Notes: generated by a model not told the origin, from the letters alone. A stretch of 64,000 bases of DNA from Candidatus Bathyarchaeota archaeon (GCA_963775685.1 CAVZJV010000014.1:832001-896000); one strand, 5' to 3'; numbered from the stretch's first letter, positions 29,093 through 39,600 are shown. Translations and numbers: made by a program.

Positions 29093-30004
29093 ATGGATTT
29101 AGCGGAAAAAATCCAAAAGCTCAAGAAAGAAAAGAAAGCCGTTATTCTGGCTCATAACTATCAGCGTCCTGAAATTCAAGATATAGCTGACTACGTTGGC
29201 GACAGCATCGAGCTTAGCCGAAAAGCAGTAGAGGAAAAGGACGCTGAAATAATAGTGTTCTCAGCAGTGGATTTTATGGCTGAATCCGCGGCTATTCTAA
29301 ATCCAAGCAAGAAGGTTCTTTTACCATGTCTGGGTGCGCGCTGCCCCATGGCTCAGATGCTAACAGTTGATGAGATAAAATATGCCAAAAAACAGTACCC
29401 TAACGCACCTGTGGTCCTTTACGTTAACACTTTGGCCTCATGCAAAGCCGAATGCGACGTCTGCTGCACAAGCGCCAATGCCGTAGAAGTCATAAAATCA
29501 CTCGACGCTGATACAATCTTGTTTGGTCCAGACAAAAACCTAGCCAATTACGTCAGCGAGAAAACATGCAAAAAACTAATTCCCATTCCAACAAACGGGT
29601 TCTGCCCAACACACCTTTTGTTCCAACCCGAAGACGTCAAAGTCCTAAAAATGAAGCATTCAGACGCCATAGCAATGGCTCATCCTGAATGCAGCTCAGA
29701 AATGCGCAAAGCAGCCAACTTCATAGGTAGCACCTCAAAAATGTGCCGTTACGCCAAAGAATCCCACGCAAAAGATTTTATCGTCGGAACCGAAGAAGGC
29801 ATTCTCCACAGGCTACGCAAAGAGAACCCAGAGAAAAACTTTTACCTCGCTTACGATGGCGCCATTTGCCCCAACATGAAGCTGACGACACTTGACCGGC
29901 TCTATGCCTCGCTTAAAGAGGAAAAGAATGTGGTTAAGGTTCCTGATGCAGTCGCCAAGAAGGCGCGCGCTTCGCTGGAACGAATGTTTGAAGTCAAGAG
30001 CTAA
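29093..30004 (+). CDS. nadA: Quinolinate synthase
   Basis: ILAHNYQ, GDS, CPMA, YVNT, CTSANA, CPTH, HPEC and CPNMK. Confidence 0.95.
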   Translation: MDLAEKIQKLKKEKKAVILAHNYQRPEIQDIADYVGDSIELSRKAVEEKDAEIIVFSAVDFMAESAAILNPSKKVLLPCLGARCPMAQMLTVDEIKYAKKQYPNAPVVLYVNTLASCKAECDVCCTSANAVEVIKSLDADTILFGPDKNLANYVSEKTCKKLIPIPTNGFCPTHLLFQPEDVKVLKMKHSDAIAMAHPECSSEMRKAANFIGSTSKMCRYAKESHAKDFIVGTEEGILHRLRKENPEKNFYLAYDGAICPNMKLTTLDRLYASLKEEKNVVKVPDAVAKKARASLERMFEVKS

Positions 30005-30420
30005 ACGGACACAATCATTGATTTGAGAATTTTTACGCCTCTTCTTGAGGCCAAATGGTCGCTTAGATGTCTGATTTCTGAGCCTTTGCCTTTTACGGCG
30101 ATGACTTCGAGGCAATCATGTTCACCGAGATGTATATGCATGGTTGAAGAAATCAGATCGGTATGGTGATGCTGCGCCTCTGTTAGGTCGCTTTCTAATC
30201 CTCTTGTGTCATGGTCATAAACCATAAGCAAAACACCTGTTTGCTGTGCATCTTCTTCTTTGACCCATTTGCGTTCGGAAACGAAGAGTCTTACAGCGTC
30301 TTGGATGGCCTTGCTTCGGCTTTCGTAGCCCATTTTAGTGGTAATTTCATCGAAGTCTTTGAGTAGCTCAGGTGGGAAGGTTACGCCTATTCGTGTTACT
30401 TTTGACATTGGGAGTCCCAC
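30001..30420 (-). CDS. nikR: Nickel-responsive regulator
   Basis: N-terminal RHH (RIGVTFP..SRSKAI); YDHD, HIHL..CLEVI Ni site. Confidence 0.92.
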   Translation of the reverse strand: MGLPMSKVTRIGVTFPPELLKDFDEITTKMGYESRSKAIQDAVRLFVSERKWVKEEDAQQTGVLLMVYDHDTRGLESDLTEAQHHHTDLISSTMHIHLGEHDCLEVIAVKGKGSEIRHLSDHLASRRGVKILKSMIVSV

Positions 30421-30461
30421 GTAGAATTTGTTTTTTGTGCCTAAAAGCTTTTATATTTAAG

Positions 30462-30489
30462 GTAACACGAATTTATTGAAAAGTGTTAC
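30462..30489. promoter_or_regulatory. Putative NikR operator GTAACA-N16-TGTTAC
   Basis: Perfect inverted repeat with the 6-16-6 NikR geometry, next to the TATA-like TTTTATATTTA between nikR and the transporter relic. Confidence 0.75.
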
Positions 30490-30915
30490 TCATATTGGAA
30501 ATCAACCAATAATAACCCTATCGCGCGGCGAAAAAATCAGGATAGCGATAATCTTCTCAATATTCTTCTCCACAACAGCCATCGGATATTCAGCAGCTCT
30601 TGTCGTAGGAAACATCGCCATGATCCTAGGCGGCTTAGGCATCGTCGCATGCGTTCTCGGTTTATGCCACGGCTTCGATGCAAACCACATAACAACCATC
30701 TGACAACGCAGGACACAGCTGACGGCGTTGCAATGCCTTGCTTACGGATGGGCTTTCCAGGACCACATCAGAAAAATCCACTGCAACCCAACCGTCACTT
30801 TCATTGCATATTCAACGTGTCATGGCTGGCTTTCTTTGGCTACTGGCGATACAAAAAATATGACACGCTTGATCCGTTCAAGCAAACGTCACAACCGCCT
30901 ATAACCTCCACCTAA
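30476..30915 (+). pseudogene. Internally deleted HoxN/NixA (NiCoT) nickel transporter
   Basis: GLCHGFDANHITTI (degenerate GLRHxxDADHI) almost directly followed by DTADG; far too short and frameshifted. Confidence 0.75.
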
Positions 30916-30967
30916 ATCTGTAGTCGGTTTGAAAAGTTTTTATCCGTGATTTAGCCATCTAAGGCTA

Positions 30968-31858
30968 ATGTCGAACAAAGAATTTTTTACAAGCCGCTAC
31001 GAACGGTTAGGCTGGAAATATCAAGAAGTGACCCTAAAGCAAGCCATCCGAGTAAACAACACTAACGCGAAAGGAAAAAAACTCGTTGCAAGGCTTGCAT
31101 CTTTAGGTGTTCACTTGGAAAAAATCCCCTTCTTAGATTCCGGCTACTGGGTTATTGACTCCAAAGTTTCCGCTGGCGCAACTGCAGAATACCTATTGGG
31201 GCTGTATTCTATTCAGGAAGCAGCCGCTCAAATCCCCGTCTCCTTATTCACCCAACTGAAAAGCAAAAAAATACTTGATGCCGCGGCTGCCCCAGGTGGC
31301 AAAACCGTACATCTTGCGGATTTGATGGACAACACCGGAGCGATTGTCGCTTTGGATGTGGATAAACGACGACTAAACGCATTGAGTAATCATCTGGAAC
31401 GATGCCACATTAGCAATACAGTGGTTTACCTGTTGGATGCAAGGCAAGCCTCAAATCTTGGCTTAAAGTTTGATCGAGTACTTTTGGACATTCCTTGCTC
31501 GGGCAATTTTGCTTCAGACAGGGATTGGTTTAAGCATCGAACTCTCAAAGACATCGAACGAAACGCGACTCTGCAGCGGGAGATTCTAACAAAAGCAGTT
31601 AATTGCCTTAGCGATGACGGAGAAATCGTGTATTCTACCTGTTCGTTGGAGCCTGAAGAAGACGAGTTGAACATTGATTGGGCAATAAAAAACCTCACCC
31701 TACAACCTGAACAGATCTACTGCCAAGGAGAACGAGGCTTAACTAACATTTTCGGCAAACAACTCGACCCTTCGATTAAATATTGCAAGCGACTATGGCC
31801 AGGCGAAACCCAAGGATTTTTTGTATGCAAACTAAAGAAACGGAGTTCACGGCCATGA
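30968..31858 (+). CDS. NOL1/NOP2/RsmB-family RNA m5C methyltransferase
   Basis: IQEAAA, LDAAAAPGGKT, LLDIPCSG and YSTCSLEPEEDE. Confidence 0.92.
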   Translation: MSNKEFFTSRYERLGWKYQEVTLKQAIRVNNTNAKGKKLVARLASLGVHLEKIPFLDSGYWVIDSKVSAGATAEYLLGLYSIQEAAAQIPVSLFTQLKSKKILDAAAAPGGKTVHLADLMDNTGAIVALDVDKRRLNALSNHLERCHISNTVVYLLDARQASNLGLKFDRVLLDIPCSGNFASDRDWFKHRTLKDIERNATLQREILTKAVNCLSDDGEIVYSTCSLEPEEDELNIDWAIKNLTLQPEQIYCQGERGLTNIFGKQLDPSIKYCKRLWPGETQGFFVCKLKKRSSRP

Positions 31859-32328
31859 ACCCAAAGCCAATAACAAATTTTGCTGCCCAATTCGGAGTCC
31901 AAATCGCTTTGAATTTAGATTTGATGGTTGAGAAAAGTGGACGCTTCTATCTTATTAATCCTGTTTTGAAACTTCTTGTAAAGCAGGATTTCTTTTATGC
32001 TGGAGTATTTTTGGGGAAGGCTAAGGAAGGCAAGTTTTTTCCAAGTTTTAACTTGCTTGGGATGCTATCGAAGAAAGGCGCGAACCGAGTTGTTGTCGAT
32101 TCTAAGGCTGCTTGGCTTTTTATCTGCGGCAGAGACATTTTGGGGAAAAGTATTGTTCGGATTCAAGGTCCTGGTAGAAAAAATACGAATACTTTGGTGT
32201 TAAATGAATTTGGCGAATGTTTAGGTTTTGGCAGAATTATTGAAAACCTGAACGGTGAAGCGGGGGATAATCAAATTGCGGTCAGAAACGTTTCTGACGT
32301 GGGCGATTTTCTGCGTAGAGAACGTTAA
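31855..32328 (+). CDS. NIP7-like PUA-domain ribosome biogenesis protein
   Basis: AGVFLGK, AWLFICGRDI, GECLGFG and DVGDFLRRE; ATGA overlap with the upstream gene. Confidence 0.8.
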   Translation: MNPKPITNFAAQFGVQIALNLDLMVEKSGRFYLINPVLKLLVKQDFFYAGVFLGKAKEGKFFPSFNLLGMLSKKGANRVVVDSKAAWLFICGRDILGKSIVRIQGPGRKNTNTLVLNEFGECLGFGRIIENLNGEAGDNQIAVRNVSDVGDFLRRER

Positions 32329-32546
32329 GTGTGAATTTTTTGGATGCTTGACTAGTTAAAAATTGTTTTTAAGCGTTTTTGTCCGCGCGAAAAGCAACCA
32401 GACCCCAGTACATTATTTCAATAATTTGTTTAGATCCTGGACATTTATCCATAAGTTTGGAGCGATAAACTTAAATATGTTTACGTTTAATCTGATTTCC
32501 ATAACATATGGAGATTAAGCCAAGCCTGAAACAAGGAGTGTAAAAC

Positions 32547-33911
32547 TTGAAAGATTTTAAAAACCCAGCGTGGAAAGAACAAGTAACAAAAGTAGTCCAA
32601 CAAATCCAAGAAAACGACATCAAATTTGTTAGACTACAATTCACCGACATAAACGGAATGCTCAAAAATCTAGCTGTCAGCTCCAAAAACATCGAGAACA
32701 TCTTCGAAAACGGCCAATCCTTCGATGGATCCTCAATCACCGGTTACAGACCAATTGAAGAATCAGACATGGTTCTCTACCCTGACCCAACCACCTTCGC
32801 CATTTTGCCCTGGAGACCAAAAGAGAAATCTTCCTGCAGACTAATCTGCGACGTTTTCACCCCACAAAACAAACGTTTCGAAGGCGACCCAAGGTACATC
32901 TTAGAGCGAGCGGTCGAAAAAGCCGCCAAAGCAGGTTACACCTTCATCTGTGCCCCTGAACTAGAATTCTTCATAGTTAAAGAAAGCGAAAACGGCGGAT
33001 TACCAAAACCAATCGATTTAGCCGGATACTTTGACTTCCATCCAAGCGACCTAACCGACGACCTACGCCGAGAAATCGCAGACACAGCAGAAGCTTTCGG
33101 TATCGAAATCGAGATCAGCCACCACGAAGTTGCCCTCGGACAAAACGAAATCGACTTCAAATATGGTGAGGCTCTCGTTACAGCTGACCGCGCAATAACC
33201 ATGAGGATGTGTGGTAAAGTCGTTGCGGCACGCGCAGGCTACGTTACAACTTACATGCCTAAACCCTTCCAAGGCATCAACGGCAGCGGCATGCACTGCC
33301 ACATGAGCCTTTGGAACAAAGACAGCACACAAAACCTCTTCTACGCAGACGACGCCAAAAATGGCTACCTCTCCGACGTAGCACGAAACTTCATCGGTGG
33401 ACAACTCGCCCACGGACGAAAGATGGCGGCAGTCCTCAACTCATGGCCAAACAGCTACAAACGTCTCGTTCCAGGATACGAAGCCCCTGTCTACCTTGCA
33501 TGGGCACACAAAAACCGCAGCCCACTAATTCGCGTACCCAACTTCGGCGGCAGAAAGAACGCTGCAAGATGCGAAATCCGATGCCCTGACGGCGCAGGCA
33601 ACCCATACCTACAATTCGCAGTTCTATTGGCAACCGGCTTAGACGGTTTAAAGAACAAGATTGACCCAGGCGACCCAGTTGAACTCAACGTTTACCACAT
33701 GAGCTACGAAGAACGCAAAGAACGCGGCATAGTCTCCCTGCCAGAGAACCTCAAAGAAGCACTTGACGAACTTGAAAGCAGCGACTTGATGCGTGAAACC
33801 CTCGGCCCAGTCACATTCGAGAACTTCCTTAAAGAGAAACGACACGAATGGGACCTCTACCGAACGCAAGTTACCGAGTGGGAAGTTAACCGCTACATCA
33901 AACGACTCTAA
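32547..33911 (+). CDS. glnA: Glutamine synthetase type I
   Basis: FDGSSI, PELEFF, HHEVALGQNEIDF, NGSGMHCH, YKRLVPGYEAP and NRSPLIRVP. Confidence 0.96.
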   Translation: MKDFKNPAWKEQVTKVVQQIQENDIKFVRLQFTDINGMLKNLAVSSKNIENIFENGQSFDGSSITGYRPIEESDMVLYPDPTTFAILPWRPKEKSSCRLICDVFTPQNKRFEGDPRYILERAVEKAAKAGYTFICAPELEFFIVKESENGGLPKPIDLAGYFDFHPSDLTDDLRREIADTAEAFGIEIEISHHEVALGQNEIDFKYGEALVTADRAITMRMCGKVVAARAGYVTTYMPKPFQGINGSGMHCHMSLWNKDSTQNLFYADDAKNGYLSDVARNFIGGQLAHGRKMAAVLNSWPNSYKRLVPGYEAPVYLAWAHKNRSPLIRVPNFGGRKNAARCEIRCPDGAGNPYLQFAVLLATGLDGLKNKIDPGDPVELNVYHMSYEERKERGIVSLPENLKEALDELESSDLMRETLGPVTFENFLKEKRHEWDLYRTQVTEWEVNRYIKRL

Positions 33912-33953
33912 ACAAAATCCTTCAGCCTCTTTTGAGGCTCAAAACTTTATTTT

Positions 33954-35228
33954 TTAGCTTTTAATTTTCTCAGCCAATTTCTCGATCGCTACAGTATTTT
34001 GTTGCCGGTTCAAAAGATCCTTCAACACAACCGCACCTTCCTTGAGTTCTCTTTCTCCAACGATAACGGCAAAATCTACTTTGCGTTTGTCGGCATCTTC
34101 GAGGGCTTTGGCCATTTTTCGGCCCATAACCTCAAACTCCGCCGTCACTCCAGCAGCGCGCAACTGCTGTGCTATCTTTAGTGCTTCAGACTTGAGCATT
34201 TCAGCAATGGGAATAACTACGGCTTTCTTTTCTATTTTTGCAGCAAGGGCGGTTTTCTGGGTTTTTAATGCAATGGCAATGCGGTCGATCCCGTGGGCGC
34301 AACCAACCGCCGGTGTTGGTTCGCCGCCGAAGGTTTCGATGAGCTTGTCGTATCGTCCGCCGCCGCCAAGAGCGATGTCAAGCCCAGGAATGTAGATTTC
34401 GAAAATTGCACCTGTGTAGTATTCTAAGCCTCGGGCGAACGCTGGCTCAACCGTGATAGATGGATTAGCGCTTTCAGTTACGAGCTTGAGCACTTCTGCA
34501 AGGTTTTCTGCGGCAGATTTGGCTTTCTCGCAGCCTGCAACGTAGGTTTGGATTTGCTCAACGGTGTCTAGCCAATCGTTCCCTCTAATTTCAATCAGCC
34601 CCTGCAGCATGCTTCGGCACTTCTCAGACTCCACAAGTTTGAGGGCAGAAGGGTACTCTTTTTTGTCCATACGCTGCAAAATCGCATTCTGAGTTTTCTC
34701 GTCGACGCCCTCTTGGCCAAGAATGCCCTTAATCACGCCTATGTGCCCAATTTTGAAGGCGTAACCCTTCAACCCCAAAGAGTTCATAAGGCTGTTGGTT
34801 AACAAGATTATTTCGGCGTCGGCTTCAGGCCTAGCGGAGCCCATGAGTTCAAAGTTGGACTGCCAAAACTCACGGTAACGTCCACGCTGAGGTTCATCGT
34901 AACGGTAAACAGTTCCAACAGAAAATAATCGCAGAGGTTTAGGGTCATTTTTTAGCAAGGTCGTAGCTAGTCGCGCGATTGAGGCGGTAAATTCGGGCCG
35001 CAGGGCAACTTGGCGGTCGCCGAGGTCCTTGAAGATGAACATGCGTTGGCGGATTTCCTCGCCTGATTTGGCGCCCAACAGCTCCAGCGGCTCAACATGT
35101 GGAGTTATAACTTCTTTAAAGCCGTAGAGCGATGCGGTTTCCCTCGCCTTTGCTGTAATGTAGGTGAATGTTTGGGCTTCTTCCCCTATGAGGTCTCTCA
35201 TTCCGCGAACAGGTTGGAAAGCAGGCAT
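33954..35228 (-). CDS. hisS: Histidine--tRNA ligase
   Basis: PVRGMRD, LRPEFTASIAR, YRYDEPQRGRYREF, RGLEYYTG and GGGRYD. Confidence 0.96.
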   Translation of the reverse strand: MPAFQPVRGMRDLIGEEAQTFTYITAKARETASLYGFKEVITPHVEPLELLGAKSGEEIRQRMFIFKDLGDRQVALRPEFTASIARLATTLLKNDPKPLRLFSVGTVYRYDEPQRGRYREFWQSNFELMGSARPEADAEIILLTNSLMNSLGLKGYAFKIGHIGVIKGILGQEGVDEKTQNAILQRMDKKEYPSALKLVESEKCRSMLQGLIEIRGNDWLDTVEQIQTYVAGCEKAKSAAENLAEVLKLVTESANPSITVEPAFARGLEYYTGAIFEIYIPGLDIALGGGGRYDKLIETFGGEPTPAVGCAHGIDRIAIALKTQKTALAAKIEKKAVVIPIAEMLKSEALKIAQQLRAAGVTAEFEVMGRKMAKALEDADKRKVDFAVIVGERELKEGAVVLKDLLNRQQNTVAIEKLAEKIKS

Positions 35229-35282
35229 TCATTTGTGCTCCTAAACAAGCTAAATGGTACAATTATTCTATTAAACTCTCGC

Positions 35283-36086
35283 TCAGGGATTGTAGGCTTC
35301 TATTTCAAGCCGCATCATACCCAAATGGATGGTGCCGTCAGCATCAGCTGGGTGGTTTTTGAGGTAGCGGCGGGCGATTTCTTTAACAAATAAGTCCCGT
35401 TTTTCAATGGGTAACCGTTCTGTGTAAGGCAGCCACGTTGTCCGTATCCACCCAGCCAACCCTTCCTCACCAGCATGCTTCATATCCCTTGGAAAAAGCT
35501 CAACACACTTTGGCTTGAGACCTAACTTCGTTAAGAAATGCTCGATAATCTTCGGCACTGAAAAATCCGTAAGGAAACGTAAAGCCTTCGAAATACTGTT
35601 TCCATGGAGTTTCGGTTAACAGGTCGGTTAGAATCGCGATTATGTCTTGGGCATTGCCTTTTCCAGCCATTTGAGCGACGAGTCTTCCTTTGGGTTTTAG
35701 GCTTCTCTGCACGCCCTCTAAAAACTTTTTTCTGTTCAACTATCCAGTGCAGCGCTGCATTAGAGAAAACCAGGTCGAATTCTTCATAAAAGGGAAGTTT
35801 TCGGGCATCCATTATTTGAAACGTGAGGTTTGGGTAATCTTTATTTGAGAAGGTGTTTTTTGCCAAATTTATCATTTGAGCAGAACTGTCAATGCCGACT
35901 GCTTGGCCATTTGGCAGGCACTTTGTGAGTTCCGCAGTGATTTTGCCGTCGCCACAGCCCAGATCCAGCAGTGCCTCGTTTCCTTGTAGCCTAAGTTTGG
36001 AAATGAGTTCTCTTGCCCATTGAAACTGATTCGAAGAATTCTTAGCATAGTCTTTTGCATCCCACGAGTAGTCTAGGTTTATTCAT
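35283..36086 (-). pseudogene. Class I SAM methyltransferase (Tam-like), split by about three frameshifts
   Basis: YSWDAKDYAKNS..LLDLGCGDGKIT..GIDSS..FDLVFSNAALHW..LKPKG..WIRTTWLPY across frames. Confidence 0.8.
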
Positions 36087-36661
36087 CTTGGTCTTGGTCT
36101 TGCACAATTTTGCTAAAGCTTAGTGGGGAAACAGAGTAATGTACAACCTCGCCACGTCGGTTGGTAACGGCTAAAATTAGCTCCTTCTTTTGGCTGTTGC
36201 ATTTGGTCAAAGCATCTGCGAGGTCGTTTACAGGGAGCGGTTTGCCTTCCTGCGTGACCATAATTAGATAGGGGGCAGTGTCTTTGCCGTAGGTTCCTCG
36301 CTCGTAGATACGGAAGTCGATGCCTCTGCCGAATCCTTCCCTGACGACATATCCTCGGCTGCGAAGGTCGCGGTAAACCAAGTAGTTAACCCATGCGTTG
36401 TCGTTTTGGGTTTCATAGTAGTGCAGAAGACTCTGAAAATCGATAGCTTTGCACTTTTACGTCTTTGACTTCAAGCATACCTTTATCCAAAAGGTACAGC
36501 GCCTCGTAAAAAGTCAATATGAAAACTTTGTTCTCCAACGTGCCATATCCCCGGGAAGAAAGGGCGTCGATGTTGCTTTGCTCGGAGATTTTGACGCCTT
36601 TCTCTGCGAGGACTCCATTGGTCCTAAATTCTACGGGTGTTGTCTTTTGGTTTTCGTTCAT
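36079..36661 (-). CDS. endA: tRNA splicing endonuclease catalytic subunit (one indel, probably a sequence error)
   Basis: RGYG, LTFYEALYL, then YLVYRDLRSRGYVVREGFG..DFRIY in the next frame. Confidence 0.85.
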
Positions 36662-36678
36662 TTTTGCTCATCTTTGTG

Positions 36679-37701
36679 CTATGTTTTTCCTTTTTTGAAA
36701 TCGCCAAAGTTCTTGCTGTAAATTATTCGGTTCTCCGTTATGATGGCTGTGACATATTTGAGGGGTGTTGGGTCAAATGAGGGGTTCATGACTGCTACGC
36801 CATCGGGAGCGGTTTGTTGACAGCCCACGTGGGTTACTTCTTCAGGTTTGCGTTCTTCAATTTCGACTTCTGCTGCTTTGCGTGTCAAATCAAAAGTTGA
36901 TGTGGGCGCGGCAACATAGAAGGGAATTTGATGTTCATGTGCCAACACCGATACGCTGTAAGTCCCAATTTTATTAAAAACGGCGTCCTGCACGATGCGG
37001 TCTGCACCTACAATAACTAGGTTGACAAGACCTTTGCTCATGATGTAGCCTGCCATGTTGTCGGTGATAAGCGTTACTGGAATGCCGTCGCGTTTAAGCT
37101 CGTAGGCTGTGAGCCTTGCGCCCTGCAGAAGCGGACGGGTTTCGTCGGCGATGACTTTGATTTTTTTGCCTTCTTCCCAAGCTGCTCGGATGACGCCTAA
37201 TGCAGTTCCGTATTCGACGGTTGCCAGTTCGCCAGCGTTACAGTGAGTCAGGACAGTGTCGCCATCTTTGATCAGCACCGAGCCGTTCTTTCCGATGGCG
37301 CGGTTTTGAGCGGCGTCTTCATCTGCGATTTTTTGCGCTTCCACAACCACAGCTGCCTTAAGTTCATCAGCACTTCCCAAAAAGCGCCGTGCCATATTCA
37401 GGACTCGATCAACACCCCAAAACAGATTCACAGCTGTAGGTCTTTGTCGTTTGATGACTGTGCCTGCGGTTTCCAGTTCCACCATTAGCTTTGCCTTTTC
37501 TTTTGCTTTAGAATTGAAGGCGGCTATTGCCATGCCGAACCCTGCGGCTGCACCCAAAAGCGGCGCGCCCCGGACGCGGAGGTTTTTTATGGCTTCTGCC
37601 ATTTGGTCGACTGTTTTGATTTCTAAGATGACTTCTTGGAGGGGTAGTTTGGTTTGGTCGGGTGTTATAACGGTTCCGTTTTGCCACTTTATCATCCGCA
37701 T
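36679..37701 (-). CDS. mtnA: S-methyl-5-thioribose-1-phosphate isomerase
   Basis: DQTKLP, VRGAP, RPTAVNL, LTHCNAG, ETRPLLQGARLT and NKIGTY. Confidence 0.92.
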   Translation of the reverse strand: MRMIKWQNGTVITPDQTKLPLQEVILEIKTVDQMAEAIKNLRVRGAPLLGAAAGFGMAIAAFNSKAKEKAKLMVELETAGTVIKRQRPTAVNLFWGVDRVLNMARRFLGSADELKAAVVVEAQKIADEDAAQNRAIGKNGSVLIKDGDTVLTHCNAGELATVEYGTALGVIRAAWEEGKKIKVIADETRPLLQGARLTAYELKRDGIPVTLITDNMAGYIMSKGLVNLVIVGADRIVQDAVFNKIGTYSVSVLAHEHQIPFYVAAPTSTFDLTRKAAEVEIEERKPEEVTHVGCQQTAPDGVAVMNPSFDPTPLKYVTAIITENRIIYSKNFGDFKKGKT

Positions 37702-37773
37702 CTTCCAGATACCTCAATGGTGATTGTAATGACAACGATTAGTTGTGGGGTTGTGTTAAAGATTTTCTATCCC

Positions 37774-38163
37774 CTATCGCTTGAAGCGTTGGACTAAATC
37801 AAGCAGGTTGCCGTAGAGATCTTCTAAAACCACATCGATGCCCCAAGCCTGCATTTCAGGCCTGCCATAGAATTTTACGCCTTTCGCCTTCAACGTTTTG
37901 TATTCTTTTCTGCAATCGTCCGTTTCCAAGGTAAAGAACACATGGTCACCAGCCTGCTTACCCGCCACCCTACGTTTCTCCTCGCTGTCAGCTAAAATCA
38001 AGGTCAACTCAAGGTCACTTTGGCCTTTAGTAGAAACAGTAACCCACCGCATTTTGCCTATGGGCATATCTTGGCTTTTTTGGAACCCAAGTTTTTCAGT
38101 ATAGAATTTTAGGGCTTCGTCTTGGTCTTTGACAAGCAGGGTTACGTATCCGATTTTGTTCAT
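37774..38163 (-). CDS. VOC/glyoxalase family protein
   Basis: VKDQDEALKFYTEKLGF..RWVTV..WG..EDLYGNLLDLVQ. Confidence 0.9.
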   Translation of the reverse strand: MNKIGYVTLLVKDQDEALKFYTEKLGFQKSQDMPIGKMRWVTVSTKGQSDLELTLILADSEEKRRVAGKQAGDHVFFTLETDDCRKEYKTLKAKGVKFYGRPEMQAWGIDVVLEDLYGNLLDLVQRFKR

Positions 38164-38214
38164 TGGTTCCTCTCATCCATGTTAACAAAATGAAAAGAGG
38201 GGCTTAAGTTTTGT

Positions 38215-38967
38215 TTAAGCAGAACTATCAAATGGCGATTTGAGGTGTGTGACGACTTCTATGGGTGAGTCTTGGCCTGATTTTAGCCTCTTCTTCCATT
38301 CCTCGCCAACCGCGATAAGCGAAAAAATACCTGAGACCTCAGCTTTGGATTTCTTGACAAGGTTCACTAATGCCTCCTGGGTTTCGCCGCTCTTAATCAT
38401 GTCATCCACCACCAGCACACTATCGCGTTTCTTGATAGATTCTTTGGGAATGTAAAGGGTGACGGTTACGCCTGAGTCTCTGCCTAAAATGTAAGTTTCC
38501 TCTAAGAAGGCTTTTACGCCGACTTCTTTGTTGCGTTTGGCAACAATGAGGTTTACGCCCAATGAGTTGGCAACCATGGTAGCTAATGGGATGCCGTCTA
38601 CCGCCGCAGTCAAAATTTTGGTTACGCGTTTGCCAGCGAAGTTGGCCAGGGCGTGGTTTGCTGCTTGCTGGAGGATGTTGTAGTCGCCAACGATTTCGGT
38701 GTTGTCAAAGTAGCCAATGTCGTCGAATTTTATTCTGCTGCGAAGTTCCGCTTCTAAGCCTACAAGTTTGGTTAAGACCCGCCATAGTTGTTTAGCTCTT
38801 GTGGTGTTGGGCAGCACGTGTCCTTTTGCGTAGCGGCTAAGCACGGTAACGGGCAAGCCGGTTTTGGAGGCGAGTTCTCTGTAAGTAATGTTTCGCTTGT
38901 ACTTTGCGGTTCGTAGCAGTTCGATTGTCATTAAGCGAAGCTTCAAATCTTCTGCGTGAGTACTCAT
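38215..38967 (-). CDS. HTH + phosphoribosyltransferase protein (PurR-like regulator)
   Basis: TYRELASKTGLPVTVLSRYAKGHVLP HTH; VLVVDDMIKSGET PRPP loop. Confidence 0.85.
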   Translation of the reverse strand: MSTHAEDLKLRLMTIELLRTAKYKRNITYRELASKTGLPVTVLSRYAKGHVLPNTTRAKQLWRVLTKLVGLEAELRSRIKFDDIGYFDNTEIVGDYNILQQAANHALANFAGKRVTKILTAAVDGIPLATMVANSLGVNLIVAKRNKEVGVKAFLEETYILGRDSGVTVTLYIPKESIKKRDSVLVVDDMIKSGETQEALVNLVKKSKAEVSGIFSLIAVGEEWKKRLKSGQDSPIEVVTHLKSPFDSSA

Positions 38968-39096
38968 TTTTCCTTAACCCCTTTTTTTACATTTATAAGT
39001 TAATTATTATATGCTATCCACTATTGCATCTTGCCAATTTATAATTTTCCGTTAAAATTTATGCAGCACTCCCGCAAAGCCACAATACAATATAGG

Positions 39097-39468
39097 TCAA
39101 GATGAGAACTTTGAAAAGTAGACGATGTTTCCTTCTTTGAATGCTCGCAAAAGTTCGCCGTGACGCAGGACAGCAAACTCGCGCTCGATCTCTGCAGGCG
39201 TCATGTTCAAACGGCTTGTTAATTCTTCTTTGCTGATTTGTCCTCTCTCTGCAACGATATTGTAAATCTTTTTTTGCAGTTCGGTCAAGCCCTCAGTGCC
39301 TGTTTGCCCCAACTGCTTTCGGACCGACAAAGTGGATGACACAGCTAATGGGTCGCATACTTTGGGTGGATTCATAAGGTCAAAGCAGCAATCTTCACAC
39401 AAAACTTTCCCTAGGAAATGATTAACCTGGTTTTCTTCAAGAGTTAATCCACATTGTTCACATTTCAC
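39097..39468 (-). CDS. Zn-finger plus winged-helix hypothetical protein
   Basis: CEQC..LCEDC..CDPLAV; LTELQKKIY..EFAVLRHGEL. Confidence 0.75.
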   Translation of the reverse strand: MKCEQCGLTLEENQVNHFLGKVLCEDCCFDLMNPPKVCDPLAVSSTLSVRKQLGQTGTEGLTELQKKIYNIVAERGQISKEELTSRLNMTPAEIEREFAVLRHGELLRAFKEGNIVYFSKFSS

Positions 39469-39600
39469 CAGAATCGCTCCACTAAAATAACGGCCTCTAA
39501 TGCTTATCTTCGTTTCGCAGTTTTGCGCCAGCGGAGTCTTGTGTTAACATTAAGCTTTTTAGATGGAAACGTAAACTCCTATACCTACAGGGGGACATGG

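Noticed and set aside
36413-36460. Programmed frameshift or natural split in endA
   Set aside because: No clear slippery heptamer or stimulatory structure was seen, and similar single indels occur in unrelated genes.
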